Shown: piece after piece, positions 32,157-40,161 of the stretch
How positions within the stretch are numbered: the first letter of the stretch is position 1
Layout of the letters: each line of letters opens with the position of its first letter
Source: an uncultured Clostridia bacterium
Lineage (GTDB): Bacteria > Bacillota > Clostridia > Christensenellales > UBA1242
NCBI GenBank assembly: GCA_934757825.1
Contig: CAKVLP010000001.1
Coordinates: 622,869-686,868, forward strand
Reading direction: 5' to 3'
DNA: 64,000 nucleotides
Program-made: the position numbers and the translations under genes
The notes under the pieces: model-generated
Databases searched by the model: none
Seen by the model: the letters and a program-made list of their open reading frames with translations, nothing else
Told to the model about the DNA's origin: nothing

Positions 32157-32500
32157 TGTGCGAGTTTAAAAGAGGAGAGTTGTATTATGCCGACCTTAGT
32201 CCAGTCGTCGGAAGCGAGCAGGGCGGGGTTAGACCAGTGTTAATAGTCCAAAACAATGTTGGCAATAAGTACTCGCCAACAGTTATTGTTGCTGCCGTGA
32301 CTAGCCAAATTAACAAGGCAAAACTTCCCACTCACATAGAACTCACAACCGATTATGGGCTTCAAAAAAATTCGGTTGTTTTGCTTGAACAACTCCGAAC
32401 CCTCGACAAGCGCAGATTGAAAGACAAAATAGGAGTGGTTGATAGCAGTAAAATGAAAAGAATTGACAGCGCTTTGTTAATTAGCCTTGGGTTTATTTAA
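32156..32500 (+). CDS. ndoA: MazF/PemK-family mRNA interferase (EndoA)
   Basis: [59 protein letters not shown] is near-identical in pattern to B. subtilis EndoA. Confidence 0.95.
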   Translation: MCEFKRGELYYADLSPVVGSEQGGVRPVLIVQNNVGNKYSPTVIVAAVTSQINKAKLPTHIELTTDYGLQKNSVVLLEQLRTLDKRRLKDKIGVVDSSKMKRIDSALLISLGFI

Positions 32501-32575
32501 GGATTATTTTACGTACTTATCTTTATGGGTTTTTTAATATAGTAATAGGTACATTCGGTTTTTAATTTATATATT

Positions 32576-32610
32576 AAAAAAGCGACTAGGGTGATTCTAG
32601 TCGTTTTTTA
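32576..32610 (+). terminator. rho-independent terminator after ndoA
   Basis: GCGACTAG-GGTGATT-CTAGTCGT plus TTTTTT. Confidence 0.75.
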
Positions 32611-32784
32611 TATTTCGCTAAATGTTATTTTTCAATCTATTTTTGAATTACTCTTCCTTTTCTTTCGGGGCTTAGGAGTGATTAAAAAGAACTATTTTAG
32701 CGGGAACAATTCTACCGAGTTTTTATATAAATTTGCTAGGAAAAAAATGACGAAAACGTCCTTTAAAAACTTGTGAATTACCTA

Positions 32785-32813
32785 TTGACTTGCGCATAAT
32801 AATGTAGTATAAT
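32785..32813 (+). promoter_or_regulatory. near-consensus sigma-A promoter for the 550-aa orphan gene
   Basis: TTGACT (32785-32790), 17-nt spacer, TATAAT (32808-32813). The RBS GAGGGGG follows. Confidence 0.65.
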
Positions 32814-32845
32814 AGGCTAAATAAAATTTGAGGGGGCTATGAAAA

Positions 32846-34498
32846 ATGGCTAGAAGAAGTTTTGAATATTGGAGTGAGGCAGAATTACAAAGATTGCTTG
32901 CTGATTTAATGTCAATAAAAAAATCGTCATCGGATCCAAGATTGCTTAATAATAGGATTCAAGCATTTTGCGATGCTCATCGTGTAGTTCTTGTTGATCC
33001 TTCGACGGGAGATTTAAATAAGGACGCAGTTGTTAGTCTTTTGTCAGATTGCTTGAAAACAACAAATAGAGTTACTGATGCAGGCGCTGATAAGATTACA
33101 GGATATAGAGATGAGTTTTTGATCTTGACACAAAATCTTGATGCTGATCATGCTGTAAATGAGACATTGAGAGAAAAGTACTTCAAGATTTTGGTAAGTG
33201 CTACTGACGACACTCTTAATTATGTTGCAGAAGCAGATTGCGCAAATAGGCTTGGTGAGGCTAACGATAGAAGATTGGGTTACACCTATACTTCTAGGTC
33301 TCGTGCACTTCCTGCAAGCGTTGATGAGTTGAGGGTGGCTTTAACCGAACCTAAATTGGCAACTGGTGGTGCTTTAATCATACCGGTTTCCGATGCGTAT
33401 GCAACATCAAGTGTTGTTAAACCTGTGGCTGAAAGACTTTATAAGGCTGCAATTACAAATGGTGTTAAGGTATATACATCAGATCTAGATAAACTTATTG
33501 ATAAGTACGCCGCATTCAGACAGGCACATCCTGGCGATGTTGTTGATGATGTTGAGGACTTCTTTAAAGGGGAGAGAGGAAGTTTGGCGACTGACCCAAG
33601 AGATGTTACAAAACTTGTTTGGGTTACAAAACCTGATAGTCACGGAACAGCTACACCTATTAACGACTTTGCATCTCGTATGGCATATGTTTCCGAAGAT
33701 CCTACACTTGTTGATCAAAGGATAATTACAAGAGCAGACCTTACTGCTTTGGACAGAAAGATTGATCAAAAAGAAGCAACATATGCGATAACTCCACCTC
33801 TTACTACATCAAACTCGGAGGAGTACACTAGAAGTCACGGTTTCTTCGCAAGAATTGGTCGTTGGGCTTTGAGGCACCCAGTAGTTGCTGGATTGTTGGT
33901 TGCAGCGATTGTTATTGTTCCTGCAATTGCAATCAACTCATTCGCATTTTTCAGTTTCTTTGGTGCAAACGTACTAGCAACAGCAGGTTCGCTTGCTGGC
34001 ATTGGAGCTGGATTTGGAATCGCAAGAGGAATAAGTGCAAAATATAGAGAGTTCATATACAATTACGATATTGAAAAGAACTTTGTGAAATCTTTCAAAC
34101 AAAGAGATAAATACGAACGTCAAATGGAAAGATTGACTGATGTATTAGGTCGTGATGGTTCTGGCAACAATGTATTAGATGATATCATTGCTGCGCCAGA
34201 TGATGCAACCAGGAATGCTGAAATTCAAGCACTTAATGCTAAGACAAGAAAGTCTGCTAGCAGAATTGCAAAAACAATGAATAAAATCGATCAGAAAAAC
34301 CAAAACACAATTGCTACAATTAGAGATTTGACTGGTAAAAAGAGAAGCAATGCTAAAACAATGGGTATGGACGCTGCTGCAAGAGATGCTCACGTTGAAG
34401 CAGAAACAAAAGGTGTCAATTACGAAGAAGACGAGAGAAACAAAATTGATGCTAACGTAAAACATTCTGTTGATAGAATTGGAAGACAAGGAAGATAA
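32846..34498 (+). CDS. hypothetical membrane protein (550 aa) with a central pair or triple of TM helices
   Basis: Long ORF with its own promoter and terminator. TM region HPVVAGLLVAAIVIVPAIAINSFAFFSFFGANVLATAGSLAGIGAGFGIA. No known motif recognised. Confidence 0.75.
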   Translation: MARRSFEYWSEAELQRLLADLMSIKKSSSDPRLLNNRIQAFCDAHRVVLVDPSTGDLNKDAVVSLLSDCLKTTNRVTDAGADKITGYRDEFLILTQNLDADHAVNETLREKYFKILVSATDDTLNYVAEADCANRLGEANDRRLGYTYTSRSRALPASVDELRVALTEPKLATGGALIIPVSDAYATSSVVKPVAERLYKAAITNGVKVYTSDLDKLIDKYAAFRQAHPGDVVDDVEDFFKGERGSLATDPRDVTKLVWVTKPDSHGTATPINDFASRMAYVSEDPTLVDQRIITRADLTALDRKIDQKEATYAITPPLTTSNSEEYTRSHGFFARIGRWALRHPVVAGLLVAAIVIVPAIAINSFAFFSFFGANVLATAGSLAGIGAGFGIARGISAKYREFIYNYDIEKNFVKSFKQRDKYERQMERLTDVLGRDGSGNNVLDDIIAAPDDATRNAEIQALNAKTRKSASRIAKTMNKIDQKNQNTIATIRDLTGKKRSNAKTMGMDAAARDAHVEAETKGVNYEEDERNKIDANVKHSVDRIGRQGR

Positions 34499-34525
34499 TT
34501 TACCGAATTTAAATATTAGCTAAAT

Positions 34526-34558
34526 AAAAAAGTCGTAAAGTTTGTTACGGCTTTTTTA
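34526..34558 (+). terminator. rho-independent terminator
   Basis: GTCGTAA-AGTTTG-TTACGGC (one G-U pair) plus TTTTTT. Confidence 0.65.
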
Positions 34559-34687
34559 TTTTTTTGATGCTGTTGTCCACCTTATAATAATTTCTACAAA
34601 TTGGAACAAAAAAAATCGCGAGGAGGGTTGCATTTGGCTTGCAATAAATATCTTAAAAATATATAATAATATTTAGGAGAATATACA

Positions 34688-35596
34688 ATGGATAACTTCG
34701 GCGATAAGAAAATAAATATCTTTGGTTTTAAGTTCAAACTTAAAAACTTTATACTTACTATCACGGTGGCGCTTGCCGTGCTTTTAGTGTTACTGCTCGT
34801 GGATATGTTTGTGACTGATGTGAGTTGGTATGGTGTTATAATTGGCACCGGATTTTTGGTTGCGCTTGTTATGGCGTGCCAACTCTGCGGGGAGCGGGGC
34901 TTAAATAGCGATTTTCCTTACGATTTGATATTGTGGGTGTTTCCGCTATCGCTTATCGGGGCGCGCACATACTATGTTTTGTGTTCGCTAGACGAGTTTA
35001 GTTCGTTTTGGGAAATGTGCGCTATTTGGAACGGCGGAATGGCTATCTATGGCGGAATTATAGGCGGGCTAATAGGGCTTGTGATATGCTGTCTTATCAA
35101 GAAGAAAGACATTGTCGCCACTATGGACGTGGCTGCGCCATGTTTGATACTTGCGCAAGCAATTGGGCGCTGGGGCAACTTTGTTAATCAAGAAGTGTAC
35201 GGATTTGAGGTTACAAACAAGGCTTGGCAGTGGTTCCCAGTTTGCGTGCATATCACTAAAAACGGAATGGATAGTTGGCACCTTGCGACATTCTTCTATG
35301 AGAGTGTCCTAAATGTGATAGGGTGCATAATTCTGCTTGTTTTGATAAGAAAAGTAAAACTAAAAGGGATTGTTGCGTCGTCGTATTTGATTTTCTACGG
35401 CATTGTGAGATTTTTCCTTGAAGGGCTAAGGGTTAATAGTTACATATTATTTATTCCTGGCACAAATTTCCCAGTATCTCAGGCTGTAAGTTTGGCCATA
35501 ATTTTGATAGGTGTAGTATGGATGTGCTACATACTTATTAAAAATGGTCGAAAACATGAAAAAAACAACGATTTACAGACTCCTAGTAACTCTTAA
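34688..35596 (+). CDS. lgt: prolipoprotein diacylglyceryl transferase
   Basis: GARTYYV, WNGGMAIYGGIIGG, and GRWGNFVNQEVYG are Lgt signatures. Confidence 0.93.
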   Translation: MDNFGDKKINIFGFKFKLKNFILTITVALAVLLVLLLVDMFVTDVSWYGVIIGTGFLVALVMACQLCGERGLNSDFPYDLILWVFPLSLIGARTYYVLCSLDEFSSFWEMCAIWNGGMAIYGGIIGGLIGLVICCLIKKKDIVATMDVAAPCLILAQAIGRWGNFVNQEVYGFEVTNKAWQWFPVCVHITKNGMDSWHLATFFYESVLNVIGCIILLVLIRKVKLKGIVASSYLIFYGIVRFFLEGLRVNSYILFIPGTNFPVSQAVSLAIILIGVVWMCYILIKNGRKHEKNNDLQTPSNS

Positions 35597-36062
35597 TTTC
35601 TTAATATTTGCGGTGGCATTCGCCCTTGTGTGGGCATATGACTCACGATTTGGAATTTCTACATTATGGTTTCCAATGCTTCTTTGGACGATAAGCGTGT
35701 CGTTGTCCATTAAATTTATGCTGTTTCGAAGCGAGAATTTTTTGTGGTTTGCGCTATATTTGTTACTTACGGGAGTGTATTTTCTCCTATCAAACGCGCT
35801 TAATTTATCAAGCAGTTTGTGGCCAACATATGTGTTAATTCCGTTTTGGGTTAGTGCGTTTATGGCGTCGGCATACAGAAGTCTATGGCACACGTGCCTA
35901 TCAATTGCATTTTTGTTTTTGGGCGCTCCGCTGTTTCTAATATCGTTTGGACTGCTTAATGTTTGGTGGTTTTTGATTGTGTATGCAACATCGCTGGTAT
36001 TTGGATTTTTCTGTATCAATTTTGTATATAATTTGTTGAGAGGTGTATATGGTAAAGTTTGA
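35544..36062 (+). CDS. hypothetical polytopic membrane protein
   Basis: About 5 hydrophobic segments. It overlaps the lgt end. An alternative start is ATG 35556. Confidence 0.55.
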   Translation: MVENMKKTTIYRLLVTLNFLIFAVAFALVWAYDSRFGISTLWFPMLLWTISVSLSIKFMLFRSENFLWFALYLLLTGVYFLLSNALNLSSSLWPTYVLIPFWVSAFMASAYRSLWHTCLSIAFLFLGAPLFLISFGLLNVWWFLIVYATSLVFGFFCINFVYNLLRGVYGKV

Positions 36063-36843
36063 CATTGACAAAAAAGGCTACGACATAGATCAAGTTGAAA
36101 ATTATATCAACAATCTTAGCCTAAAATACGAGGAAAAATTGGCGGAACAAAAAGACCGCGTTTTTACTATGCGCAACGAACTTGAAGTGTTAAAAAACCG
36201 TTTGGAAGCGTATCAAAATAAAGACAATCAGATTTCGCAAGCATTATATTTTGCAGTTGAAAAGGCGGGTCAGATTGAAAATAGCGCCAGAAAATTATAC
36301 GACCTTGAAATAAAGAGAGTAAACATCTTGTATGAGAGGTGGGGGATACTTATAGACGAACTTGAAAAGAATTACGGCAGACAAAACTTAGACGAGAGAG
36401 TACTTAAAATGATAGACGAGTTTAGAAGCGGGCTAGAAAGCGTAATGGCTCAAAACAATAACATCGCAAACTCGAATATCAAACAAGAGCTAAAAGAGAA
36501 TAGCGATAATTACATAAAAAATTTGCTTAACAAAATGGATTATATCATCAACGACAAACCTAAGAAAAAAGCAGAGCAAAAAAAGAAAGAGGACGAAAAA
36601 GAAAACATCGGCAGTAGGCTAAAACTGCTAAGTTCAAAACTTGACGGCAAGAGCGCCGAAAACTACTTAAACGATGAAAAAGAACTTGAAAGTAGTGCAT
36701 ATAGCAAAAACTTTTTCAGCAAAAAAACCGCTCAACCAGAGGAGGGTTTCAGCCTAGAAGAAGCGCTAAATCCTAAGGAAGATTTGGAAGAGATTATGAA
36801 AGCATTTGACTTTTTCAATAAGCCAAACGAAAATGCAAACTAG
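36049..36843 (+). CDS. DivIVA-domain protein
   Basis: N-terminal FDIDKKGYDIDQVENYINNL (DivIVA F-x-x-x-x-x-GY-x-x-x-x-V motif) followed by coiled coil. Confidence 0.75.
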   Translation: MVKFDIDKKGYDIDQVENYINNLSLKYEEKLAEQKDRVFTMRNELEVLKNRLEAYQNKDNQISQALYFAVEKAGQIENSARKLYDLEIKRVNILYERWGILIDELEKNYGRQNLDERVLKMIDEFRSGLESVMAQNNNIANSNIKQELKENSDNYIKNLLNKMDYIINDKPKKKAEQKKKEDEKENIGSRLKLLSSKLDGKSAENYLNDEKELESSAYSKNFFSKKTAQPEEGFSLEEALNPKEDLEEIMKAFDFFNKPNENAN

Positions 36844-36901
36844 CGCTAAATAAAGCCAAATAATCAAGTTTTGCATAGCACATAAGAAGAGGAGGAAATA
36901 T

Positions 36902-37576
36902 ATGTTTCCAATAACCAAAAATTGGTACAACCTATTAAGTGCCGAACTAAATAGTCAGAAGTTTTCGGATTTCTCAAAATGGTTAAATGAGGAGTACAAC
37001 ACGACCACAGTTTATCCAAAACCCGAGAATGTGTTTAATGCTCTTAACCTTGTGCCATTTAAAGATGTTAAGGTGGTCATAATTGGTCAAGACCCATATC
37101 ACGGCGTAAATCAAGCGCACGGTTTGTCGTTTTCGGTTGAGAAGGACGTGGATATTCCGCCGTCTTTAAGGAATATCTATAAGGAACTTCACGACGATGT
37201 TGGGACTTACATTCCAAACAATGGAAACCTTACAAAATGGGCAAAACAGGGAGTGCTTATGTTAAACTCAGTTTTGACCGTGAGAGCGGGGCACCCAAAT
37301 AGCCACAAGGGAAAAGGCTGGGAACAGATTACTGGCAAAATAATTGACCTACTTAATCATAGAGAAGATCCAGTGGTGTTTTTGTTGTGGGGCGCCAACG
37401 CAAGAGCGCTTTGCAAAAACATAGCGCCACAACATCTTGTTTTGACCGCGTCGCACCCAAGCCCAATGTCTGCCAATCAAGGTGGTTGGTTTGGCTGTAA
37501 GCATTTTAGCAAAACAAACGACTTTTTAAAGTCTATCGGCAAAACCCCAATCGACTGGCAAATAGAAAATATTTAG
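36902..37576 (+). CDS. ung: uracil-DNA glycosylase (family 1)
   Basis: VIIGQDPYHG, GVLMLNSVLTV, and HPSPMSA motifs. Confidence 0.95.
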   Translation: MFPITKNWYNLLSAELNSQKFSDFSKWLNEEYNTTTVYPKPENVFNALNLVPFKDVKVVIIGQDPYHGVNQAHGLSFSVEKDVDIPPSLRNIYKELHDDVGTYIPNNGNLTKWAKQGVLMLNSVLTVRAGHPNSHKGKGWEQITGKIIDLLNHREDPVVFLLWGANARALCKNIAPQHLVLTASHPSPMSANQGGWFGCKHFSKTNDFLKSIGKTPIDWQIENI

Positions 37577-37628
37577 TACTATGCAAAAGTGAATTTTTGT
37601 GCTATACTAGGGAAGTAGGAGAGAATTT

Positions 37629-38216
37629 ATGATTAGATTTTTGGGAGAGGGAATACTTGACACTATTATTCCAATATTGATACTTGTAGTGTGCTTCGCA
37701 ATAGCGCTTATTGTGTACATAAATTTGCGAAAACGCACGAATCCGGATAAAAACTTGGCACAAAAGTTGGGCAAGGGTGCACCTGAGGTGGAACTTAATA
37801 AAACATATGTGACGCCCGAAGAAATGAAAGTTTTGGAGTGTATTCATAAGGCGCTTCCTAAAGATTTTATTGCGTTTCCAAGAGTAGGTGTAAATCAGAT
37901 TGTGTCGCCAACCAAAAACTTGGTTGCTTACAATGCAATATTGTCAAAATACGTGGACATATGCGTGTTTTTTAGGAAAACAATGGAACCCGTGCTAGTG
38001 ATTGACCTTGTTTGGGATAACGCTGTAAAACAACAGTTTAAGATTATGGACGAAAATGTTGTGGCGGTTATAAAAACGGTTAAATTAAAAACTGTGCCAA
38101 TTAAAATTGAGCCAGCATACGATATTAGTGAACTTAGAAAAAAACTTCTTGGTGCGCTTCCAGACAAAATGGTGGCAATGCTTAAAAAGGATTACATTGA
38201 GGGCGAAAATAAATAG
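37629..38216 (+). CDS. membrane-anchored DUF2726-like (restriction-endonuclease-fold) protein
   Basis: N-terminal TM, then EEMKVLECIHKALPKDFIAFPRVGVNQI...YVDICVFFRKTMEPVLVIDLVWD. This resembles the DUF2726 layout (E...L...v.pqV.l..i...vDFvl.....p..aIELD). Confidence 0.45.
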   Translation: MIRFLGEGILDTIIPILILVVCFAIALIVYINLRKRTNPDKNLAQKLGKGAPEVELNKTYVTPEEMKVLECIHKALPKDFIAFPRVGVNQIVSPTKNLVAYNAILSKYVDICVFFRKTMEPVLVIDLVWDNAVKQQFKIMDENVVAVIKTVKLKTVPIKIEPAYDISELRKKLLGALPDKMVAMLKKDYIEGENK

Positions 38217-38224
38217 GAGAAATT

Positions 38225-38479
38225 ATGGAAAAAATATGCCAAAGTTGTGGAATGCCAATGGTAAATAAAGACCAATTGGGCACAAACAAAGACGGCTCTT
38301 TAAACGAGTTATATTGCAAATATTGCTATGAAAACGGCGAGTTTGTCGACGATGTGTCAATGGAGGAGTATATAGATATGTGCTCTCGGTTTGGAGCCCA
38401 GGCGGGTATGACAAACGAAGAGATGAGACGCTTTTGCGAAAAATTGTTTCCGACTTTAAAGAGATGGAATAAAAAATAA
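38225..38479 (+). CDS. putative zinc-ribbon protein (Zn_ribbon_2-like)
   Basis: CQSCGMPM...GTNKDGSLNELYCKYCYENGEF matches the family pattern. Confidence 0.65.
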   Translation: MEKICQSCGMPMVNKDQLGTNKDGSLNELYCKYCYENGEFVDDVSMEEYIDMCSRFGAQAGMTNEEMRRFCEKLFPTLKRWNKK

Positions 38480-38505
38480 CACCTTAAAACTAAGGTGTTT
38501 TTTCT
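38472..38505 (+). terminator. rho-independent terminator
   Basis: AACACCTTA-AAAC-TAAGGTGTT plus a T-run. Confidence 0.8.
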
Positions 38506-38592
38506 TTAAAGGTTTAAAAAATTAAAAAAAGTTCTTAAAATGTGCTAATAAATCCATTTAATGCTTTTAATTAGAAAAAAGTGCACAAAAAA

Positions 38593-38861
38593 ACCGCACA
38601 TCCATTTTCGATGGGGTAAGAGTAATCCGAATAAGTATCTAGACTCCTTTAAAGCTACCTTATGGCACACGCTTAAATCTATTTAATGCTGCTGTCTTCC
38701 GACCCTGACATGGTTCGTAGCAAAACGTTGCACAAGACCTTAAATTCAACATCCAGATAAATATTCTAAAATTATCCTACCTTACACCTAGAATGGCATT
38801 CGGCCCTGCATATAGTGGGTTTCAGGAATAGGGCACCACTAGCTCCCCGCCTAGTACGGTA
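38593..38861 (-). ncRNA. ffs: signal recognition particle RNA, long (Bacillus-type, Alu-domain-containing) form
   Basis: The minus strand reads GAACCATGTCAGGGTCGGAAGACAGCAGC (compare B. subtilis scRNA GAACCATGTCAGGTCCGGAAGGAAGCAGC). The 5' part GGCGGGGAGCTAGTGGTGCCCTATTCCTGAAACCC...GCAGGGCCGAATGCC parallels the Bacillus Alu domain. The 3' end ...GGATGTGCGGT is followed by a T-run. Ends are approximate to within about 5 nt. Confidence 0.88.
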
Positions 38862-38867
38862 TTTTGT

Positions 38868-38896
38868 ATTATAACCCATATTGCGTGCATTTGCAA
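38868..38896 (-). promoter_or_regulatory. sigma-A promoter of the SRP RNA gene
   Basis: The minus strand has TTGCAA (38896-38891), 17-nt spacer, TATAAT (38873-38868), about 7 nt upstream of the inferred RNA 5' end. Confidence 0.65.
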
Positions 38897-39097
38897 GTGT
38901 TTTAAGTTTTGCTTATGAAAATTTAACTGAAAATGTTGTTGTTTTGCAAATTTCAATTGGGTTAAGCGTCAAAAAAACAAATTTTTCTACAAAACATCGT
39001 AATTGCCAATTTTGAAAATGATACATAAAATAAGTTGGAAAAACCTATAAAAAGTGATAAAATTTAGACAGCAAAGAAAATCTTTAAGGAAATTTAT

Positions 39098-39832
39098 ATG
39101 AAGATAAGCACTAATAGTTCGCAAAACGCGTACAGATTTATTAACGCATACAATAAAATAGAGTCTGGGTTAAGGGCTCAAAACAACTTTGGCACATCGG
39201 TCACATACTCCGAGGCGGTTAGGCGCGCTAGCCGAAACAACAGTATTGTTAGAAAATATGAGGACGACCTAATAAGTTATGGAATGCTTAGAAACGCAAT
39301 TGTGCACAATTCCAACGATCAATATGTTATCGCTGAGCCTTTTGATGAGGTGGTTGCCGACTACGAGCACATCGCAAAACTTATTTGCACGCCACCGCTT
39401 GCAATCAACACGTCTTGTGTAAAACAAGTCAAGTGTGTCGACGCAAAAATCAGCCTAGAACAAGCCATTATTTATATAAGTAAAACCGGTTATAGCAGTT
39501 TTCCAGTGTATAGCGACGGAATGCTAGTTGGGGTTGCTAATTCTAGCAAAATCACGCAAGAAATAGGCAAACACCTTGCAAATGGCGAGGACATTAAAAG
39601 TCTGTTATCAATGAAAATAGGCGACGTCGTGAAACACGTAGGCGAGGAGACTTTTTACACTATTGTCGACAAAAATGTTACAATAGACAAGGTGCTAAAT
39701 TTGTTTGCCGAAAACAGAAAACTTGCCGTTGTGCTTGTTACTCCTAGGGGAAGCCTAGTAGAAGTTCCAATCGGAATTATTGTTGTGTCCGACATTTTGG
39801 AAATCAACAAAGTTTTAGATGATTACAAATAG
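39098..39832 (+). CDS. two-domain protein: N-terminal helical domain with HEPN-like Rx4H motif + C-terminal CBS pair
   Basis: The C-terminal half has two CBS-like repeats (ISKTGYSSFPVYSDGMLVGV...; AENRKLAVVLVTPRGSLVEVPIGIIVVSDIL). The N-terminal ~95 aa ends in MLRNAIVHNS. Confidence 0.6.
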   Translation: MKISTNSSQNAYRFINAYNKIESGLRAQNNFGTSVTYSEAVRRASRNNSIVRKYEDDLISYGMLRNAIVHNSNDQYVIAEPFDEVVADYEHIAKLICTPPLAINTSCVKQVKCVDAKISLEQAIIYISKTGYSSFPVYSDGMLVGVANSSKITQEIGKHLANGEDIKSLLSMKIGDVVKHVGEETFYTIVDKNVTIDKVLNLFAENRKLAVVLVTPRGSLVEVPIGIIVVSDILEINKVLDDYK

Positions 39833-39835
39833 ACT

Positions 39836-39865
39836 TGACAACCATTGAGATGTGGTATTATAATT
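39836..39865 (+). promoter_or_regulatory. sigma-A promoter for the ileS leader
   Basis: TTGACA (39836-39841), 18-nt spacer, TATAAT (39860-39865). Confidence 0.6.
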
Positions 39866-39879
39866 AAATCAGTTTAATA

Positions 39880-40118
39880 TCAAATGCGACGATAAAGGAC
39901 ACGTTTTGTCGGGCGAGGCTTTGTAGAGAGCGGGTGGCTGGTGAAAACCCGTAGCAGACCCTTCAAAATATCACCTTTTAGCAGAGCAGACGAAATAATA
40001 GTAATTTGCTACGGGCGTTTCCCGTTATCGAAACCGTATGTGATGGCATATTGTTATAAGTGGTTAAATGCTTGTTTTTTAAGTGTTTCTTATAACACAT
40101 AAAAACAAGTTTTTTTTG
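39880..40118 (+). promoter_or_regulatory. T-box leader (Ile specifier) controlling ileS
   Basis: Stem I elements are present: GCGACGATAAAGG (GA/K-turn-like), GTAGAGAGCGGG...GGTGAAAACCCG (AGAGA box and distal GGUGNRA-type loop), and a candidate specifier AUC followed by A at 39970-39973. A degenerate T-box core AAGTGGTTAAATGC contains UGGU. The terminator CTTGTTTTT...AAAAACAAG plus T8 ends at about 40118. Confidence 0.6.
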
Positions 40119-40161
40119 TTTTTAATATGTCCTAAAAATTAAACAAAAGGAGAAAAAACAA

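Noticed and set aside
32591-32776. 61-aa plus-strand ORF
   Set aside because: It starts inside the ndoA terminator hairpin and runs into the promoter of the next gene. It has no RBS and is very likely non-coding.
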